A stretch of 30,146 nucleotides of DNA from Ostreococcus tauri (lineage: Eukaryota): positions 250,927-281,072 of the forward strand of contig CAID01000007.2 of NCBI GenBank assembly GCA_000214015.2, written 5' to 3'. Below are positions 25,445 to 30,146 of this stretch, one piece after another. Each line of letters begins with the position of its first letter. Within the stretch, counting starts at the first letter, position 1. The notes beneath the pieces are model-generated. The model made no database searches, was not told the DNA's origin, and saw nothing but the letters and a program-made list of their open reading frames with translations. The translations under genes and the position numbers were made by a program.

Positions 25445-25842
25445 CGCGCGTCCCACCACGCGCCCCGCCGCGCTCGTTCGTCACCCGTCGTCGTTCGACC
25501 CTCGGACGCGCGCGTCGAACCGTCCGTCCCGCGCGATCGCGATCGCTGCCGTTCGAGCGGTCGACGCGCGTCGTCGCTCGCGCGCTCACGTCCGCGGGCG
25601 TCGTTCACGACCGCCCTCGGGGTCGATCGCGTCGACGTCGACGGGCGGTCGCGCGCGTCGCCGTGTCGATCGCCGTCGACCGCATTCGGGGTCGGGCGGG
25701 CTGAACCCCACGCGTGTGAAGAAACGCGTTTTGTTTTTGGTTATAGCCGCCGCCGCCCGCCATCGTCGCGCGTCGCGCTCGGCGCGTTCGATCGGACGCT
25801 TCAGACGCGCGCGCGGCGCGCACGCGTTCGCGGACGTCGACG

Positions 25843-27402
25843 ATGGCGCCGAACGCGCGGGCGGGCGATCGAGCGGGGCGACGCGCGCGCGCGACGGGGG
25901 ACGCGAACGACGCGGACGATGCCGAGAGAGAGGCGAACGAGACGCTGGACGACGAGGACGAACGATCGGGCGTCGCGCGCGCGCGACGGGAGGCGATGGA
26001 GACGGGAGAAGGGAGCGATGCGGAGGCGGCGGCGGAGGCGGAAGCGGCGGCGCGGGAGACGGTGCAGGAGAAGAGGATTCGTTTGGCCAAGGCGTACCTG
26101 GAGCGGCTGCGAGAGGAGGCGGCTGCGGAGGACACGGATGAGGAAGAGGAGGACGGGGAGGGGAAAAATTTGGACTCGCACGCGCGATTGGCTGGACGTT
26201 TGATGATGGAGGCGCAGAAGAAGAGCGGGCATCAAAGGGAGGCGATCGCGGATCGAGTGCGGGTGTCGGCGAGGGCGAGCGGAACGTGGAGAGGACACAA
26301 GCGCGCCGTCACGGGCGTGGCGCTCACGGAGGACGATCGCACCGCGTACAGCGTCTCGAAGGATGGATCCATATTCATGTGGGATATCGAGACGGAGAAG
26401 CGAACACGATTTCCAAGAACACCGGACGTGGTGGTGGATCCGCTGCAAGGCGGCGGCGGACCGCAGGCGCCGCCAAAGTGTGGCTCGCACGTCATGCTGT
26501 GCTGCGCTGTGAGCGGCGATAGGAACTTGTTCGCCACCGGCGGCGCCGATAAGCGCGTACACGTGTGGGACACGAGGACTATGACTCACGTGACGGCGTT
26601 TGCGGGCCACAGAGGAGCGATCACGGGACTCGGCTTTCGCCACGGCACAGGTCAGCTCTTTTCTTGTTCGGAGGATCGCACCGTGAAGATTTGGTCTCTT
26701 GATGACATGGCGTACGTTGATACGCTCTTTGGACATCAGGAGCGGTGCATTGGGTTGGATACACAGCGTCGAGAACGACTCGTGACTGTCGGTGCGGACA
26801 GGGCGACGAGATTTTGGAAAGTTCCCGAGGATTCGCAGTTGGTGCTGCGACCACCCCAGGGCGGCGGTCAGGCAGAGAGCTGCGCCTTCACCGCGCACGA
26901 TCACTGGCTCACCGGGTCCCAAGATGGGACGGTGGCCATCTGGAATACGCAACGAAAGCGCGCGGCGCAGTCGTGGGAAAATGTGCACGGCTTTAGAGAT
27001 GTCGTCGCACCGAGAGGATTCAGCGACACCGACGCCAAAACAGCCCAGGAACAACGAGAGGCCGCGCAAGTATCTAGTGGTATCAGCTCTAAAAACGACG
27101 GTGGCGTTGGAGATATGGCTAGCTGGGTCAGCGCCGTGCATGTCGGTAAGGGAACGGATTTCGCTGCCTCAGGCGCCGCCGACGGCGCCATTCGATTGTG
27201 GAAGACGTCGCACGAAGGCGAGCCACTCGTCCCTCTTGACTGCCTTCCCGCCCGCGGTTTCGTGAACGCCATCCAAGTTGCTAGCACCGGTCGGTTTGTA
27301 CTCGCAGGTATGGGACAGGAACCGAGACTTGGGCGTTGGGGCCGAGACTCGGGTGCGAAAAATGGTTTGGTTCTTCATCCGCTGGATTTAGAGAAGATGT
27401 AG
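25843..27402 (+). CDS. RRP9: U3 small nucleolar RNP protein RRP9/U3-55K (WD40 repeat)
   Basis: ATG at 25843. An acidic N-terminus is followed by ETVQEKRIRLAKAYLERLREE. The WD repeats are collinear with U3-55K: WRGHKRAVTGVAL, FAGHRGAITGLGFRHGTGQLFSCSEDRTVKIWSLDD, TLFGHQERCIGLD, FWKVPEDSQLVL. The C-terminal block is GFVNAIQVASTGRFVLAGMGQEPRLGRW. Confidence 0.85.
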   Translation: MAPNARAGDRAGRRARATGDANDADDAEREANETLDDEDERSGVARARREAMETGEGSDAEAAAEAEAAARETVQEKRIRLAKAYLERLREEAAAEDTDEEEEDGEGKNLDSHARLAGRLMMEAQKKSGHQREAIADRVRVSARASGTWRGHKRAVTGVALTEDDRTAYSVSKDGSIFMWDIETEKRTRFPRTPDVVVDPLQGGGGPQAPPKCGSHVMLCCAVSGDRNLFATGGADKRVHVWDTRTMTHVTAFAGHRGAITGLGFRHGTGQLFSCSEDRTVKIWSLDDMAYVDTLFGHQERCIGLDTQRRERLVTVGADRATRFWKVPEDSQLVLRPPQGGGQAESCAFTAHDHWLTGSQDGTVAIWNTQRKRAAQSWENVHGFRDVVAPRGFSDTDAKTAQEQREAAQVSSGISSKNDGGVGDMASWVSAVHVGKGTDFAASGAADGAIRLWKTSHEGEPLVPLDCLPARGFVNAIQVASTGRFVLAGMGQEPRLGRWGRDSGAKNGLVLHPLDLEKM

Positions 27403-27472
27403 AGAGATTGAAATATGAGAAGCAGAAATGTTCGCTTGAATAAAAAATACACTACTAAATGGGTGTCATGCG

Positions 27473-30124
27473 TTAGTTAGACTGTGTCGTACGCGCGACA
27501 CGATAAGCGGCCTGGTCAAGTAAGACCGAGCCGAATCGGAACGCCGCAGCCTGCGCCCCTGGCGCCAGTTCCGGCGCGAGATCAATGAGCTCCTGCAGGA
27601 GTTCCACGTCGATTTCTGGCGGTATTAGCTCGTTGCCCTGCGAACTTTTAGTTTCATCTTTCCGTTCGTCTACACCTGAGAACAAATTACGAAGTTCATC
27701 CACGACTCTTAAGGTTTCAATGTCTTCGTCAGACGCGTGCGTGACGCGTTCCAACGGAGCCAGAGTCTCCTGAGCACTGCCGAGAAGTTGCGCGGCTGGT
27801 CCGAAAGATCTTGCTAGAGATTCGGCGGCACTGAACGGTGCGGCGATGGCAGAAGAAGCCGTCGTGGCCGCAAGCGCGCCTGCGTATCGCCCAAGTTCGC
27901 GCAACGCAATATCTTGAATCGGTCCACCCGCGGGATCAAAAGCCAACTTAAGGGCCTCTCGCGTGCTATTGGAGATCTTCTTCGTCGACGATCCCTCTGG
28001 CACTACGGCACCATTCGAGCGGCTTGTAATGGATGTGTAGCTCCCAAAAGCGGTGGAGAGTTGCCGGACTCGGTTGACGCTCAGAACAGCGTGCTCGCCG
28101 CTTTCTTTGCCGTATAACAGTTGCTCCAATGCCTTGCGCGTCTCAGGAGACTTGTCCGTCAACAGTCGACGAGCGACGTACGGATAGCATTCGTTTGCGA
28201 TTGAATAATTCTTGTCCACCGTCAAGCCGATCCCTTCGAGAACGGAAAATGCTCGAAGAATGTAACCAAAGTACGCTGGGATCTGGAAGATGTTCCCGTA
28301 TTTCTCCTGCACTCCCTCCAAATCCTTCGTGAGTTGCGCCACCTTTGAATCCGTCCCTGCCGCCTCCAAGAAGGCGTCGCGTCTTTTCTTGGGGTCCTTT
28401 ACACCCTTCAGCTCTTTGCGAATCTCCTTGATGCGATCTTCGTCCGGCAGACCGAGCTCTTCTCTGAAGCCTTGTGCGCCACCACCACGGGCGAGCGCTG
28501 AGAACAACAACCCAAGAGCTCGGGCGACGCCTGAGTCCTCCATTGCCTCACGTTTGCCGGAAGGAATGAAACCCATCGCGTCCAAATCGCCTGGAACGGC
28601 TTCAAAGTCTTTGCTCACCAAGTGCGCGATGAACTTCAAAATGGCTGTAGACAAGTCCTTCGACACTGGCGTCACGAGACCCCAATCGAGAATGCACAGC
28701 TTGCCGTCGTTGGTGCGAAGCAAGTTGCCCGGATGCGGGTCGGCGTGGAGAAAACCCAGATCTAAGAGCATGGCGAGATATGACGTGAGGGCAACCGCAG
28801 CGAGCTGCGCGGTGTCGTCCGCCGTGCTGTCCTGCAAACGCACGCCGTCGATCCAGCCCGTCGTGAGGACGGCGCGGGTCGAGGCTTGACGGAACACCGG
28901 CGCCGCGGTGACGACGCCACCCAAGTCAGAACGCGCTGCCATAGCCTCAGCAAACTTTTCACCGTTCGTTGCTTCAGCATCGTAATCGAGCTCCGCGATG
29001 AACCTGCGTCCCCATTCGTCGACCAGGCCTTCGAGATCCGAGTTCAGGTTATTCCACCGTCTCCACGGCTCTGCGAACATGCGGATGATCCCGATGTCCA
29101 GACTGATGGCCACGAGCGCTCCTGGGCGTTGTACTTTGACTGCGACTTCCTCCAAAGTGCCGTCGTCCTTCCTCCACGTGCCCTTGTACACCTGTCCGAG
29201 ACTCGCGCTAGCGATGGGCGTTGAACCGAGCGACAGGCGTCCTGCCGTGGCTCCAAGTTCGCGCTCCAAGATTCTACGAGCCAAGTCGTCGTCGAACGGC
29301 GGGACTTTGTCTTGAAGAACGCGCAATTCTTCGATGTACTCCGCCGGTAACAGGTCCGCACGGCTGCTCAATACCTGTCCGAGCTTGACGTACGTCGGCC
29401 CGAGCGACACCAACAACTCTCTCAACTGTGCCGCGCGCTTCGTGTTCAACGTCTTCTTTTTCTCATCGCTCGCGTTCTCGCCCATGAGTTTGCGATCTAA
29501 CCGGAGCTTGAGCACGAACGACCCGAGGAGCGAGATCGATCGCAAGCCGCGCTTGAGTAAAATCCACGGTCTCTTGTTAAAGTACTTTCGCGTCGTCTCC
29601 GGATCGTACCGTCGAAGCTCGGGCGGTTCCAACTCCCCCTCTCGGCTCGCCAGCGCCGCCCACTCGTCCATACCACTCTTCGCGGCGGGTCTCGCCGCGA
29701 ACGCGAGCGCGGCGACGACGCCCGCGGCGACGACGCCCGCGCTCGATCCGTCCGCCGCCGCCGCCGCCTCGCTCGCGCGCCTCGCCGCCGCCGCCACCAT
29801 CCCACTCGCGTCCGCACCACCCGCGCCCGCGACCGCGTCCGCGCCGCGCACCATCACCCGTTCCACCATCTCCACCAGCGCCTCTCCGCTCGCCCGCGTT
29901 TCCGTCGCTGTAAACCCCTCGAACCCGCCTCCGTCCCGTCCGAGCGCGCTCGCGCCATTCGCGATCCGTCCCAGCGCGTCCCACGCCCACGCGCTCGCCG
30001 CCGTCTCCGCGCGCGCGATCGCGTGCGCCTCACTCACGATCGCCTCCGCGAAGTCCCGCGCCCCGATGCGCCCCTCGAGCGCGCGCGCGAGTCCATCGAG
30101 CGCGCGCTCGAGTTCGAGCGCCAT
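27473..30124 (-). CDS. ABC1/UbiB (ADCK) atypical kinase family protein with long N- and C-terminal extensions
   Basis: Family core: LRELLVSLGPTYVKLGQVLSSRADLLPAEYIEELRVLQDKVPPF, IASASLGQVYKG, VAVKVQRPG, LDYDAEATNGEKF, GFLHADPHPGNLL, ILDWG. ATG at 30124. The frame stays open to the right edge, so the true start may lie outside the window. Confidence 0.85.
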   Translation of the reverse strand: MALELERALDGLARALEGRIGARDFAEAIVSEAHAIARAETAASAWAWDALGRIANGASALGRDGGGFEGFTATETRASGEALVEMVERVMVRGADAVAGAGGADASGMVAAAARRASEAAAAADGSSAGVVAAGVVAALAFAARPAAKSGMDEWAALASREGELEPPELRRYDPETTRKYFNKRPWILLKRGLRSISLLGSFVLKLRLDRKLMGENASDEKKKTLNTKRAAQLRELLVSLGPTYVKLGQVLSSRADLLPAEYIEELRVLQDKVPPFDDDLARRILERELGATAGRLSLGSTPIASASLGQVYKGTWRKDDGTLEEVAVKVQRPGALVAISLDIGIIRMFAEPWRRWNNLNSDLEGLVDEWGRRFIAELDYDAEATNGEKFAEAMAARSDLGGVVTAAPVFRQASTRAVLTTGWIDGVRLQDSTADDTAQLAAVALTSYLAMLLDLGFLHADPHPGNLLRTNDGKLCILDWGLVTPVSKDLSTAILKFIAHLVSKDFEAVPGDLDAMGFIPSGKREAMEDSGVARALGLLFSALARGGGAQGFREELGLPDEDRIKEIRKELKGVKDPKKRRDAFLEAAGTDSKVAQLTKDLEGVQEKYGNIFQIPAYFGYILRAFSVLEGIGLTVDKNYSIANECYPYVARRLLTDKSPETRKALEQLLYGKESGEHAVLSVNRVRQLSTAFGSYTSITSRSNGAVVPEGSSTKKISNSTREALKLAFDPAGGPIQDIALRELGRYAGALAATTASSAIAAPFSAAESLARSFGPAAQLLGSAQETLAPLERVTHASDEDIETLRVVDELRNLFSGVDERKDETKSSQGNELIPPEIDVELLQELIDLAPELAPGAQAAAFRFGSVLLDQAAYRVARTTQSN

Positions 30125-30146
30125 CTCGGATGATGTCCCCCGCGCG

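Noticed and set aside
25710-25729. Two ACGCGT (MluI cell-cycle-box-like) hexamers 8 bp apart in the PP2A/RRP9 divergent gap
   Set aside because: CG-rich palindromic hexamers are expected often by chance at this base composition. Without enrichment statistics I cannot treat them as regulatory.
24938-27141. Long ORFs 24938-26203 (+), 25801-27141 (-) and 25605-26135 (-)
   Set aside because: They are antisense to, or out of frame with, the PP2A catalytic subunit and RRP9. Their Arg-rich low-complexity translations are GC-content artefacts.
1-30146. Prokaryote-style readings of the window, such as operons, defence islands, CRISPR arrays, IS elements or prophage
   Set aside because: The gene content is eukaryotic (PP2A, RRP9, FIS1, DEAD-box helicase, ER/Golgi transporters) and there is a spliceosomal intron. 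There are also transit- and signal-peptide N-termini and no direct-repeat/spacer arrays. Gene orientation alternates and I saw no Shine-Dalgarno-type spacing.

Overview
This window is gene-dense, GC-rich eukaryotic nuclear DNA, not a prokaryotic locus. It best fits a Mamiellophyceae picoalga (Ostreococcus-like), although I cannot confirm the species without a database search. I count about 20 protein genes and one tRNA in 30 kb. Intergenic gaps are only 47-400 bp and almost every gene is a single exon. Many N-termini are Arg/Ala/Ser-rich and look like transit peptides. The gene content is plant or plastid in type.

Genes in order:
- a glycosidase-like type II membrane protein (partial)
- a membrane-anchored papain-like protease
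- a TVP38/TMEM64 (DedA) membrane protein
- an SLC35B-type nucleotide-sugar transporter
- a second membrane-anchored papain-like protease
- FIS1
- a 1290-aa ABCF protein with four nucleotide-binding domains
- a cytochrome P450
- a PCO/ADO thiol dioxygenase
- an RGG + CCHC zinc-knuckle protein
- light-dependent protochlorophyllide reductase
- an intron-containing tRNA-Asp
- a prolyl-4-hydroxylase-like oxygenase
- organellar bL21, split by one intron
- an orphan type II membrane protein
- a DUF3783-like protein
- a DEAD-box helicase
- the PP2A catalytic subunit
- U3 snoRNP protein RRP9
- an ABC1/UbiB kinase

The ORF track translates GTG and TTG starts as M, and the high GC content produces many long spurious antisense ORFs. 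I therefore re-picked ATG starts using domain boundaries and the position of neighbouring genes.

I found no CRISPR array, mobile element or prokaryote-style defence island. The observations most worth following up are:
- the in-frame fusion of an eEF3-like ABCF to an ABCF2-like ABCF
- a tRNA-Asp whose intron carries a duplicate of its own anticodon arm
- a hidden transit-peptide exon of bL21, with a telomere-like motif in the intron
- two paralogous papain proteases with C-terminal membrane anchors
- a P4H-like oxygenase with a hydrophobic hairpin inserted in its catalytic domain

All family assignments come from motif recognition by eye. No searches were run.
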